This document shows, in pieces, positions 9,552 through 18,439 of a stretch of 64,000 bases of DNA. The number at the start of each line of letters is the position of its first letter. Positions within the stretch are counted from its first letter, which is position 1. This stretch comes from Deferribacterales bacterium. GTDB lineage: Bacteria; Chrysiogenota; Deferribacteres; Deferribacterales; Geovibrionaceae. Under the pieces are notes generated by a model, which searched no databases, was not told the origin of the DNA, and saw nothing but the letters and a program-made list of their open reading frames with translations. The position numbers and the translations under genes were made by a program. The stretch lies in the NCBI GenBank assembly GCA_050251945.1, contig JBFWLW010000001.1:96001-160000 (forward strand). Reading direction: 5' to 3'.

Positions 9552-12500
9552 ATGGCTGAAAACAAAAAAGTTATTATCGACGGCAACACCGCCGCAGCCC
9601 ATGTCGCACATGCGACAAACGAAGTAATCGCTATCTATCCTATCACACCTTCTTCGGTTATGGGAGAGATTTCTGATGAAAAGTCCGCAGTGGGGGAAAA
9701 GAACATCTGGGGTTCTGTTCCGAAGGTTGTTGAGCTTCAGTCCGAAGGCGGAGCTTCCGGCGCGGTTCACGGCGCTCTTTCCGCAGGCGCACTGACAACC
9801 ACTTTCACCGCTTCTCAGGGTCTTCTTCTGATGATCCCTAATATGTATAAGATAGCGGGCGAGCTGACACCCACGGTTTTCCACGTTTCCGCACGCGCAC
9901 TTGCTACGCACGCGCTTTCTATCTTCGGCGACCATTCCGACGTTATGGCCTGCCGTCAGACAGGATGGGCCATGCTGGCTTCCAACAATCCGCAGGAGGT
10001 CATGGACTTCGCGCTTATATCTCAGGCGGCTGCCCTTGAGGGCAGAGTTCCGGTTCTCCATTTTTTCGACGGTTTCAGAACTTCTCATGAGCTTCGCACA
10101 ACCATCGAACTGACATACGACGAAATGAAACAGATGATCTGTGACGATCTTGTCATCGCCCACAGAAAACGCGCTCTTAACCCCGATATGCCTACTATGA
10201 AAGGTACTTCACAGAACCCCGATGTCTTCTTTCAGGCGAAAGAGACTGTGAACAAATACTATCAGGACTTCGCAGCCATTATGCAGAAGCAGATGGATAA
10301 ATTCGCCAGGATGACCGGACGCGCGTATAACCTTGTGGACTACACAGGCGCACCCGATGCGGAAAAAGTCCTTGTTATCATGGGTTCCGGTGCAGACGTT
10401 GCCGAAGAGGCGATTGAGTATATGAACGCATGCGGCGAAAAGGTCGGTCTTGTTAAAATTAGACTTTACAGACCCTTCCCGCTGGAACAGTTCATTGCGG
10501 CACTGCCCAAGAAAGTTAAAAAGATAGCAGTTCTTGACAGAACGAAAGAGCCGGGTTCCATCGGCGAACCTATGTATCTTGACGTTCGTACCGCCATCGG
10601 CGAGGCTATGCAGAGAAAACTCTTCACATTCGACGGATATCCCACAATCGTCGGCGGACGTTACGGTCTCGGCTCAAAAGAGTTTACGCCTGCAATGGTC
10701 AAAGCAGTGTTTGACAACCTTGATGCTGACGAACCCGTTAACGGTTTCACAGTGGGCATCGTGGACGATGTCACCAATCTCAGCCTTAAACACGATGAAA
10801 ACTGGCTTACCCCTCAGGACGACGTTTTCAACGCTATGTTCTTCGGTCTGGGTTCCGACGGTACTGTCGGTGCGAACAAAAACTCCGCAAAAATTATCGG
10901 CGACCTGACAGACAACACCGTTCAGGCGTATTTCGTATACGACTCGAAAAAAGCAGGTTCAATGACAACATCACACCTGCGTTTCGGAAAGAGAAATATA
11001 AAAAGCTCTTATCTGGTTCAGAAAGCGGATTTCGTTGCATGCCACAACTTCTCATTCCTTGAGAAATACGACATGCTTAAATATCTGAAACCCGGCGGTA
11101 CTTTCCTGCTCAACAGCCAGTACGGTGCCGACGAAATATGGGCGCATATTCCCGAGGTTGTTCAGAAACAGATAGTTGCCAAACAGGCGAAAGTTTATAC
11201 CATCAATGCGGTTGATATAGCAGAGAAGATAGGTCTCGGTTCACGTTACAACGTTATCCTTCAGACTGCGTTCTTCAAAATATCCAACATCGTTGATTTC
11301 AGCATAGTTACTGAATCAATCAAGGATGCCAATAAAAAGACATACGGCAGATACGGCGACAAAGTTGTTAAAATGAACAACGACTCAGTTGACGCGGGTT
11401 CAACAGAACTGCTTGAGGTTAAATACCCCGGACAGGGCGGCAAACCTTCAAGCGACGAAGTAGAATTCCCGCTCATCAACAACTGTGTGACAGACCCGAC
11501 CGCCAGCGAATTCGTTAAAGACACCACAAGCATGCTTGTCGCTATGAGAGGCGATGAAGTAACTGTCGGTCAGATGCCGCAGGACGGTACTTTCCCCACA
11601 GGCACTGCTAAGTTTGAGAAACGCAATATTGCGGTTCACATCCCCGAGTGGGACACAGAACTTTGCATCCAGTGCGGAATCTGCTCATTCGTATGCCCCC
11701 ACGCCGCCATCCGTACAATGGTTTATCCCGCAGCGGAACTTTCAAAAGCTCCTGCCGCATTTAAATCCATGGATGCGAAAGGCAAAGAATTTGAAGGAAT
11801 GAAATTTACGGTTCAGGTTGCTCCCGAGGACTGTACAGGCTGCGGCGCTTGTGTTTACAACTGCCCCGCAAAAAGCAAGACAGACCCCGAACACAAAGCC
11901 ATCAACATGAAATCTCAGATTGTTCTGCGCGAACAGGAGATGGAGAATTTCGAGTTCTTCCTGTCTCTGCCGGAGCTTCCCAACGAAAAATACAACAAAG
12001 CCACCCTTAAAGGCTCACAGCTTTCACCTCACATGTTCGAGTTTTCCGGCGCATGTGCAGGTTGCGGCGAAACGCCTTATATCAAACTGCTCTCCCAGCT
12101 TTTCGGTGACAGAGCGCTTATCGCCAACGCCACAGGCTGTTCATCAATCTACGGCGGTAACCTGCCCACAACTCCTTACACTACGAGATGTGACGGCAGA
12201 GGACCTGCATGGTCAAACTCACTGTTTGAAGATAACGCAGAGTTCGGCTACGGAATGAGACTGACTGTTGACAAGTTCAATGAAATGGCTCTTGAACTGC
12301 TTGATAAACTTGCAGGAAAACTGGACGCTAAACTTGTTGAGGCTATCAAAACAGCAGAGCAGAAAGATCAGCTTCAGATCGAGGCACAGAGAACAAGAGT
12401 TGCCGAGCTTAAAAAATCGCTTGAAAAAATATCCGGCGACGATGCCAAGAACCTCGCTTCAATAGCCGACTATCTGGTTAAGAAATCCGTCTGGATCGTG

Positions 12501-13142
12501 GGCGGCGACGGCTGGGCATATGATATCGGTTACGGCGGTCTTGACCATGTTCTGGCATCCAACGAGAACATCAACGTTCTGGTTCTGGATACCGAAGTGT
12601 ACTCAAACACAGGCGGTCAGGCTTCAAAATCCACACCTATCGGCGCACAGGCTAAGTTTGCGTTCTCCGGTAAGGTGGCTGAGAAGAAAGACCTTTCAAT
12701 GATATGTATGACATACGGACACATCTATGTTGCCAAAGTTGCTCTTTCAAACCCAGCTCAGGTTATCAAGGCGTTTGTTGAGGCAGAGGCGCATAACGGT
12801 CCTTCAATCATCATAGCTTATTCACACTGTATCGCTCACGGTATCAACATGACAGCCGGAGTTGAAGGTCAGAGAAAAGCGGTTGCATCAGGCTACTGGC
12901 CTCTGTTCCGTTTCAACCCTGCTCTTCGTGAAGAGGGCAAAAACCCCCTGTCTCTGGACAGCAAAGAGCCTACTATGCCACTTAAGGACTTTATGGCTAC
13001 AGAGAACAGATTCCGTGTTGTACAGAAGATGTTCCCCGAAAAAGCAGATGCCATCGTTAAGTTCGCGGACAGAAAGTCACGTCAAAGACTTAAACTGTAT
13101 CAGGAACTTGCGAAAGTAGACTGCTCAATCGAAGAGAAATAA
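9552..13142 (+). CDS. nifJ: Pyruvate:ferredoxin (flavodoxin) oxidoreductase
   Basis: YPITPSS, GLGSDGTVGANK, two CxxCxxCxxxCP ferredoxin motifs, ACAGCGE, TPP motif GGDGWAYDIG. Confidence 0.97.
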   Translation: MAENKKVIIDGNTAAAHVAHATNEVIAIYPITPSSVMGEISDEKSAVGEKNIWGSVPKVVELQSEGGASGAVHGALSAGALTTTFTASQGLLLMIPNMYKIAGELTPTVFHVSARALATHALSIFGDHSDVMACRQTGWAMLASNNPQEVMDFALISQAAALEGRVPVLHFFDGFRTSHELRTTIELTYDEMKQMICDDLVIAHRKRALNPDMPTMKGTSQNPDVFFQAKETVNKYYQDFAAIMQKQMDKFARMTGRAYNLVDYTGAPDAEKVLVIMGSGADVAEEAIEYMNACGEKVGLVKIRLYRPFPLEQFIAALPKKVKKIAVLDRTKEPGSIGEPMYLDVRTAIGEAMQRKLFTFDGYPTIVGGRYGLGSKEFTPAMVKAVFDNLDADEPVNGFTVGIVDDVTNLSLKHDENWLTPQDDVFNAMFFGLGSDGTVGANKNSAKIIGDLTDNTVQAYFVYDSKKAGSMTTSHLRFGKRNIKSSYLVQKADFVACHNFSFLEKYDMLKYLKPGGTFLLNSQYGADEIWAHIPEVVQKQIVAKQAKVYTINAVDIAEKIGLGSRYNVILQTAFFKISNIVDFSIVTESIKDANKKTYGRYGDKVVKMNNDSVDAGSTELLEVKYPGQGGKPSSDEVEFPLINNCVTDPTASEFVKDTTSMLVAMRGDEVTVGQMPQDGTFPTGTAKFEKRNIAVHIPEWDTELCIQCGICSFVCPHAAIRTMVYPAAELSKAPAAFKSMDAKGKEFEGMKFTVQVAPEDCTGCGACVYNCPAKSKTDPEHKAINMKSQIVLREQEMENFEFFLSLPELPNEKYNKATLKGSQLSPHMFEFSGACAGCGETPYIKLLSQLFGDRALIANATGCSSIYGGNLPTTPYTTRCDGRGPAWSNSLFEDNAEFGYGMRLTVDKFNEMALELLDKLAGKLDAKLVEAIKTAEQKDQLQIEAQRTRVAELKKSLEKISGDDAKNLASIADYLVKKSVWIVGGDGWAYDIGYGGLDHVLASNENINVLVLDTEVYSNTGGQASKSTPIGAQAKFAFSGKVAEKKDLSMICMTYGHIYVAKVALSNPAQVIKAFVEAEAHNGPSIIIAYSHCIAHGINMTAGVEGQRKAVASGYWPLFRFNPALREEGKNPLSLDSKEPTMPLKDFMATENRFRVVQKMFPEKADAIVKFADRKSRQRLKLYQELAKVDCSIEEK

Positions 13143-13156
13143 TTTCATAATCATAT

Positions 13157-13230
13157 GAGACTGCCGCGGGCTTCGCCCTCGCAGAGACGTTAATTCGTCT
13201 TCGCGAGGAGCGGAGCGACGCGGCGATCTC
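13157..13230. repeat. CGTC-type REP palindrome pair
   Basis: GAGACTGCCGCGGGCTTCGCCCTCGCAGAGACG / CGTCTTCGCGAGGAGC...GCGATCTC. Confidence 0.85.
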
Positions 13231-13293
13231 TTTTATTGGTTTTAATACGCAGTGCATTTTTTACCCACCTCAAACTGCTCGATTTAAAATCTT

Positions 13294-13662
13294 TTATTCG
13301 TTCAGTTTCGTTGCATATTTCGGATTGTATGTTCCGTATTCCGCTTGCGGATTTCTTTTTGAAGCCCAGACCAGAAGCGCATCCAGAGCGGGACACAATT
13401 CTTTTCCTTCATCCGTCAGGCTGTATTCCACCTTTGGAGGAACCTGCGGATACACAGTCCTTGCTACGATCCCGTCAGCTTCGAGAGCTTTCAACTGCTG
13501 TATAAGCATTTTTTGCGTTACCTCAGGGATGCTTCTTTCAAGTTCTGAAAAACGCATTACATGGTTTGAGAAAAGATTCATGATTATCAGAAGTTTCCAT
13601 CTTCCTTCAAGAACCTTCATCGCTTCTCTTATGCCTGTCGCGGCTGAATCCGGTGTTATCAT
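13294..13662 (-). CDS. HxlR family winged-helix transcriptional regulator
   Basis: GRWKLLI, RFSEL, TQKML..QLK.LE.DGIV.R.VYPQVPPKVEYSLT. Confidence 0.93.
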   Translation of the reverse strand: MITPDSAATGIREAMKVLEGRWKLLIIMNLFSNHVMRFSELERSIPEVTQKMLIQQLKALEADGIVARTVYPQVPPKVEYSLTDEGKELCPALDALLVWASKRNPQAEYGTYNPKYATKLNE

Positions 13663-13670
13663 TTCATACC

Positions 13671-13713
13671 TACTTTTTAGTCAGTACATTACTTTTTTGT
13701 GTGTACTTGACAT
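13671..13713. promoter_or_regulatory. Putative HxlR-family operator repeats and -35 box
   Basis: Imperfect direct repeats TACTTTTTAGTCAGTAC / TACTTTTTTGTGTGTAC followed by TTGACA, between the divergent regulator and SDR genes. Confidence 0.45.
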
Positions 13714-13779
13714 TATTGCAGTATAAAGCTTAATTATTGCGAAAGCAACCGCGCGGCTGAAAATTTACGGAGAAACAAA

Positions 13780-14550
13780 ATGGAAAAAGAATTTGAAGGC
13801 AGGAAGGCACTGGTTACAGGCGGGACGCAGGGGATGGGAAAAGCCACTGCATTGCGCCTTGCGGCGGGAGGTGCGGATGTAATTGCAGCGGCAAGGAGCA
13901 TCCCTGAAGATTTTCCTTTAAAGGTTATCGCGGCGGATATATCAACGGCAGAGGGGACAAACCGGATCATTGAGGACACGATGAGCCATTTCGGCTGTCC
14001 TGACATCATCATTAACAATGCCGGAGGTTCCAAATCGCCGGCGGGCGGTTATAAAGCGCATACAGATGAAGAGTGGCAGAAGATGTTCGAGCTGAACCTG
14101 TTCGGTGCCGTGCGGCTCGACAGAGGATTTCTGCCGTTCATGACCGAGAGAAAGAGCGGTGTCATAATACATATTTCATCAATACAGAGCCACAAACCCA
14201 TTTATGAATCAACTTTGGGTTATGCCGCGGCAAAGGCAGCGCTGAATAACTACAGCAAAGCCATCTCTCTGGAGGTTGCAAGGTTCGGCGTCCGTGTGAA
14301 CGTAATTTCTCCCGGCTTCATAGAAACTGACGCGGCGCATGCCTATATCCGTCTGATAGCTGATGATAAAAAGATATCCGAGGATGAAGCGCGTAATGAG
14401 ATCATAAATTATATCGGAGGAATACCACTCGGCAGAACAGGCAGACCGGAGGATGTTGCGGAACTGGCGGTCTTTCTTGCATCCGACAGAGCCAAGTGGA
14501 TAACCGGAGTGGAATACAGAATAGACGGCGGAACAATACAGACCCTGTAG
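13780..14550 (+). CDS. Short-chain dehydrogenase/reductase
   Basis: TGGTQGMG, NNAG, YAAAK, SPGFIET, IDGG. Confidence 0.95.
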   Translation: MEKEFEGRKALVTGGTQGMGKATALRLAAGGADVIAAARSIPEDFPLKVIAADISTAEGTNRIIEDTMSHFGCPDIIINNAGGSKSPAGGYKAHTDEEWQKMFELNLFGAVRLDRGFLPFMTERKSGVIIHISSIQSHKPIYESTLGYAAAKAALNNYSKAISLEVARFGVRVNVISPGFIETDAAHAYIRLIADDKKISEDEARNEIINYIGGIPLGRTGRPEDVAELAVFLASDRAKWITGVEYRIDGGTIQTL

Positions 14551-14558
14551 GAGGAAAA

Positions 14559-14846
14559 ATGTCAGTATATTTTATTTTTATCAGAGAAAGACTTAGAGAC
14601 CAGAAAGAGATTGATGAATACGCGAAGCTCGCGCCCTCTGCGGCAAAAGGACACAGCATGCGACCCTTAGCGGTGTATGGCAAAACCGAAACGCTGGAAG
14701 GAGCCGAGGCGCAGGGAGTTGTGCTTCTGGAGTTTGCCACATATGAAGAGGGAATGGCATGGTACGACAGCAGTGAATATTCGGAAGCTAAGAAGCACAG
14801 GCATCTCGGTGCAGACTACAGATTGATAGTTACTCACGGAGTATAA
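14559..14846 (+). CDS. DUF1330 family protein
   Basis: LEG...VVLLEF..YEE..AWYDS.EY pattern; AGGAGG RBS. Confidence 0.85.
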   Translation: MSVYFIFIRERLRDQKEIDEYAKLAPSAAKGHSMRPLAVYGKTETLEGAEAQGVVLLEFATYEEGMAWYDSSEYSEAKKHRHLGADYRLIVTHGV

Positions 14847-14872
14847 TCACACAGAGCGGGTTCACTCCTTTT

Positions 14873-15104
14873 CAGACTGATGACAAAGTCAGTAAAATGG
14901 GAGATCGCGTTGTCGATTTATTCGATAAATAGTTTAAAGTGGACTCATTTCAGCAAGCTCGGTACAGAAACATTTGCAAAAATAGGCAAATGTTTTCAGC
15001 CTTCGGCTAGTGCTCCTCGCGAAGACAAAAAAACGTCTCTGCGAGGGTTTTAACCCGAAGCAGTCTAATGTGAGTCTGTGTAAATTTAGTTTGTCAACAA
15101 CCAG
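14873..15104 (+). mobile_element. MITE-like element copy 1 (15-bp TIRs, REP pair plus nested insert)
   Basis: CAGACTGATGACAAA ... TTTGTCAACAACCAG; flanked by AGAGCGGGTTCA direct repeats (14853, 15105) derived from a terminator hairpin. Confidence 0.75.
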
Positions 15105-15269
15105 AGAGCGGGTTCATCCCGCTCTTATTGTTTCATTCTTAACCTCTCTTAATCATATCCCTTTTTCATAACGACTATAATTCCCGACATGAAGACCAAA
15201 CTGACATATGAGCAGAATACAAAGAGGCGGATGCCTTGTGCGCACCGCCTCCCTCTTCATTGAGGTGAC

Positions 15270-15728
15270 ATGGAAAAGATAGCGGAGCGAATCAAGGAAT
15301 ACGAGGGGTACAGAGAAAAGCCCTATCAGTGTACAGCAAAAAAATGGACCATCGGCTTCGGGTATAACTATGAAGACCGCGGGTTCACAACGTCGGACAT
15401 TACAGACATACTTGAAAACGGGTTTACAAAAGAGCTTGCGGAAAAGCTCCTTGAAAGGGACGTTAAACGTTGTGCGAAAGAGGCGGAGGCGTTCCAGTTT
15501 TATAATTCTATGAACGACGTCAGGCGCGCAGTGGTGGTCGACATGATATATCAGATGGGTGTCGGCGGGTTCAAAGGGTTTAAGAATATGATAGAACGGC
15601 TTACAAAGGGCGACTGGAAAGGCGCTTCAACTGAGATGATACACAGCAAGTGGTATACGCAGTCCGGACGCAGAAGCCGTACCAATGTGAAGCAGATGGA
15701 AGAGGGGACTTGGCAGGAGGTGAAATAG
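15270..15728 (+). CDS. Phage-type lysozyme (GH24 / T4-lysozyme-like endolysin)
   Basis: E-x8-C-x5-T catalytic pattern (EGYREKPYQCTAKKWT), TIGFG, DMIYQMG, SKWYTQ; GAGGTG RBS. Confidence 0.9.
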   Translation: MEKIAERIKEYEGYREKPYQCTAKKWTIGFGYNYEDRGFTTSDITDILENGFTKELAEKLLERDVKRCAKEAEAFQFYNSMNDVRRAVVVDMIYQMGVGGFKGFKNMIERLTKGDWKGASTEMIHSKWYTQSGRRSRTNVKQMEEGTWQEVK

Positions 15729-15908
15729 ATGACAGGCATTTTAACAAAGGCTGTTGTTGCGGCACTCAGCAGGGTGTTTTATGCATTCATGACCGAGAAG
15801 ATGATATCCATGGTTATTATCGAGGTGCTGAAAAAACTTTCGGAAAAGACCACGAATACGCTTGATGATGAGATAGTTATGAAGTTGGAAGCGAACCTGA
15901 ACGTGTAA
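15729..15908 (+). CDS. 59-aa small protein, possible holin or lysis accessory (absent from ORF track)
   Basis: MTGILTKAVVAALSRVFYAFMTEKMISMVIIEVLKKLSEKTTNTLDDEIVMKLEANLNV; AGGAGGTG RBS; ATG directly follows the lysozyme stop. Confidence 0.7.
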   Translation: MTGILTKAVVAALSRVFYAFMTEKMISMVIIEVLKKLSEKTTNTLDDEIVMKLEANLNV

Positions 15909-15935
15909 ACATAAAAGCCCGTCCGAAGACGGACT

Positions 15936-16067
15936 CAGACTGATGACAAAGGCATATAAATACGAGATCGCGTCGTCATTTCATTCCTCGCGAAGACGAA
16001 ACCCGTCTCTGCGAGGAGCACTGGCGACGAAGCAGTCTCATTGTTTTAATAGTTTGTCAACAACCTG
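15936..16067 (+). mobile_element. MITE-like element copy 2
   Basis: CAGACTGATGACAAA ... TTTGTCAACAACCTG; flanked by duplicated hairpin core CCGTCCGAAGACGG; internal REP pair. Confidence 0.8.
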
Positions 16068-16096
16068 AGTCCGTCCGAAGACGGGCTTTATATCAT

Positions 16097-18427
16097 TTAG
16101 CTTTCTATATATTTTTCAGTCATTTCATACATTGTCCAGACACCGCAGGGGCATACGCCTGCGCAGATTCCGCAGCCGATGCATTTTGAGGGGTTGGAAA
16201 CGTATTCAAATTTGCCGTCGATCTCTTTCCTTGTGATCGCCTGTTCGGGGCAGACCTCAAGGCAGAAAGAGCAGTCGCGGCAGAAACCGCAGCTCATACA
16301 TCTTCCTGTTTCGTCTTCAGCGGAGAGTTCTTCAACACGCTGGGGATTCATAGGATGATAGTATGCGTCCTGCACCTTATCCTGAGGGATAACCGGTGCT
16401 TTTTCAAATTTATCCAGTTTGCGTCCGTTGAGCAGTTTGTCCACGTTGATGGCAGCTTTGCGTCCGTCGCCCAGAGCATGTGTGAACAGTCCCTGTTTGA
16501 TGGCGTCCCCTGTTATGAACACTTTTTCGTCCGCTTCACACTGGAAGTATTCGTTCATTTTAACAAGCCCTCTTTCGTTGAGCCATGACTTGTCGATAAA
16601 TGAGAAATCCGGTCTGTCGCCCACCGCAATGATAACTGTATCTGCGGGTATCAGTGTACCGTCTTTGGTCAAAAGACCTTCTTCCGTTACCTTCTGTGTG
16701 AATACAGGCCAGAGTATCTTTGCTCCGAGATGTCTTGCATGTTCCATTTCCGCTTCAAAAGCCGCGGGTTTCTGGATATCTATTGCAGTGACCTCTTTCG
16801 CGCCCATTTCGTATGCGCCGATGACAACGTCCATTGCGGCGTTGCCGGCACCTATAACAACAACTTTTGAGCCGACTTTGGGTTTTTGTCCTTTGTTTAT
16901 CTCTTTCAGGAAGTCGAGACCCTTAACGAGTTTTTCGTGTCCTTCAAACGGGATAACAACGGGGATGTGTGCGCCCACGGCGACTATCACCGCGCTGTAG
17001 TCTTTGCGCAGTTTATCGAAAAGGTTTTTGTCGACCTTTGAGCTGGTTTTGATGTTAACGCCTTTGTCTATGATGCGTTTAAGTTCGGCTGCAAGCACTT
17101 CCTGCGCCAGACGTTCGTTGGGGATAACCTGTTTCAGCTTACCGCCGACAACGCTGTCCTGTTCGTAAACGTCAACCTGATAGCCGAGTTTACGCAGGTG
17201 CCATGCGGCTGAAAGACCGGCAGAACCGGAACCTATTATCGCGACTTTTTCAGCTTTCTGAGGTGCATCGAAAACGATGTCAGCCTCTTTGCTGAGCTGT
17301 CCAAGCTGTTTTATCTTAACGGGTATATCGACCTTTTTACGTGAGCAGATGTCCTGACAAAGGTTGGGGCATACCTGACCGCAGACGGAAGCGGGGAAGG
17401 GGCTGTATTCCAGCACCAGTTCCAGAGCTTCTTTTATTTTTCCCTGACGCAGAAGCGCGATACGCTTTTGTGTGGGGATGAAGACCGGACAGTTGTATTC
17501 ACAGGGGGCTGAATATCTGGCGTTCTGCCATTCGGGATATTTCAGTCTGTAGTCGCCTGTTTCAACGTAGTTTGCCACATAATAGTCTTCCTGCAGAAGG
17601 TCGCCGAAGATACCGCCCTCAACCCACTGACCAAGACGGAAGTCTTTTATGGGGATGAGTGATTTGACTTTTTTCTCTTCAAATGTTTTGGCGACTATCT
17701 TTTTCCATCCGCTCATGTCGGAAAGGATGGAGAGAGCATCTTTTCTGTCAACTTTGCCGAGGAATTCGGGAAGTCCTGCGAGAAGGAAATCCTTGTCGCT
17801 TTCGTCCAGATCCATCAGCCATACGTCTTTGGAAAGCCCTTTGACGTTTCCTCTGAAATATACTGTTCCGCCAACCATACCGACACAGCTTCTGTCGCCC
17901 AGAACGGAAGGTACCTCTTCAGCGCCGAGACCGCAGACAATGGCTGTACCGCCGCCCATGAACTCGAAGCTGAACGAGCCGACGGTTTTAAGTACCCAGA
18001 ATTCCGGCGAAGGGAATTTCGGGTCGTGTTTCATAAGTGCGCCGGAACGTGTTCCGGTTCTGCCTGCGACATATATCTTACCTGATGCCGCGCAGTGTGC
18101 GGTCGTGTCGCCGCCGTCACCGTTAAGGATGATGGTTGCGCCCGCGTTCAGCCAGCCCACGTCCGCAGGTGCGGAACCGTTGATTATTATCTCTGTTCCG
18201 GGCATACCCATGGAGCCGACACGCTGACCGGGGTTTTTAACCGTAAATTTCAGCGGGGTTCCGTCTGTTGTCCAGAGGGGACCGCCGATGTTGTGCTGAC
18301 CGGAAGCTTCGACTTCAAATTCGGTGAAGCCTTCTTCCAGCTTTGCGTATACGTTTTTAAGAAGGTTCTGGGTGGAAACCCTTTTGCCGTCTATTATACC
18401 TTGAATTTTAACTGTTTCTTTGCTCAT
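16097..18427 (-). CDS. Glutamate synthase subunit: GXGXG domain fused to GltD-like FAD/NAD(P) oxidoreductase and ferredoxin
   Basis: GXGXG-type beta-helix (FEFMGGG, CVGMVGG), CGQVCP..C...C cluster, GSGSAG and GAGNAA dinucleotide motifs, C-terminal 4Fe-4S motifs. Confidence 0.88.
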   Translation of the reverse strand: MSKETVKIQGIIDGKRVSTQNLLKNVYAKLEEGFTEFEVEASGQHNIGGPLWTTDGTPLKFTVKNPGQRVGSMGMPGTEIIINGSAPADVGWLNAGATIILNGDGGDTTAHCAASGKIYVAGRTGTRSGALMKHDPKFPSPEFWVLKTVGSFSFEFMGGGTAIVCGLGAEEVPSVLGDRSCVGMVGGTVYFRGNVKGLSKDVWLMDLDESDKDFLLAGLPEFLGKVDRKDALSILSDMSGWKKIVAKTFEEKKVKSLIPIKDFRLGQWVEGGIFGDLLQEDYYVANYVETGDYRLKYPEWQNARYSAPCEYNCPVFIPTQKRIALLRQGKIKEALELVLEYSPFPASVCGQVCPNLCQDICSRKKVDIPVKIKQLGQLSKEADIVFDAPQKAEKVAIIGSGSAGLSAAWHLRKLGYQVDVYEQDSVVGGKLKQVIPNERLAQEVLAAELKRIIDKGVNIKTSSKVDKNLFDKLRKDYSAVIVAVGAHIPVVIPFEGHEKLVKGLDFLKEINKGQKPKVGSKVVVIGAGNAAMDVVIGAYEMGAKEVTAIDIQKPAAFEAEMEHARHLGAKILWPVFTQKVTEEGLLTKDGTLIPADTVIIAVGDRPDFSFIDKSWLNERGLVKMNEYFQCEADEKVFITGDAIKQGLFTHALGDGRKAAINVDKLLNGRKLDKFEKAPVIPQDKVQDAYYHPMNPQRVEELSAEDETGRCMSCGFCRDCSFCLEVCPEQAITRKEIDGKFEYVSNPSKCIGCGICAGVCPCGVWTMYEMTEKYIES

Positions 18428-18439
18428 CTTTTCCCCTCC

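Noticed and set aside
13190..13396. Short ORFs crossing REP elements (also 33215-33466)
   Set aside because: They are translations of palindromic repeats or overlap real genes; no RBS or recognisable domain.
14850..16090. Prophage
   Set aside because: Only the lysozyme and one small ORF are phage-like; no integrase, structural or replication genes and no att sites seen.
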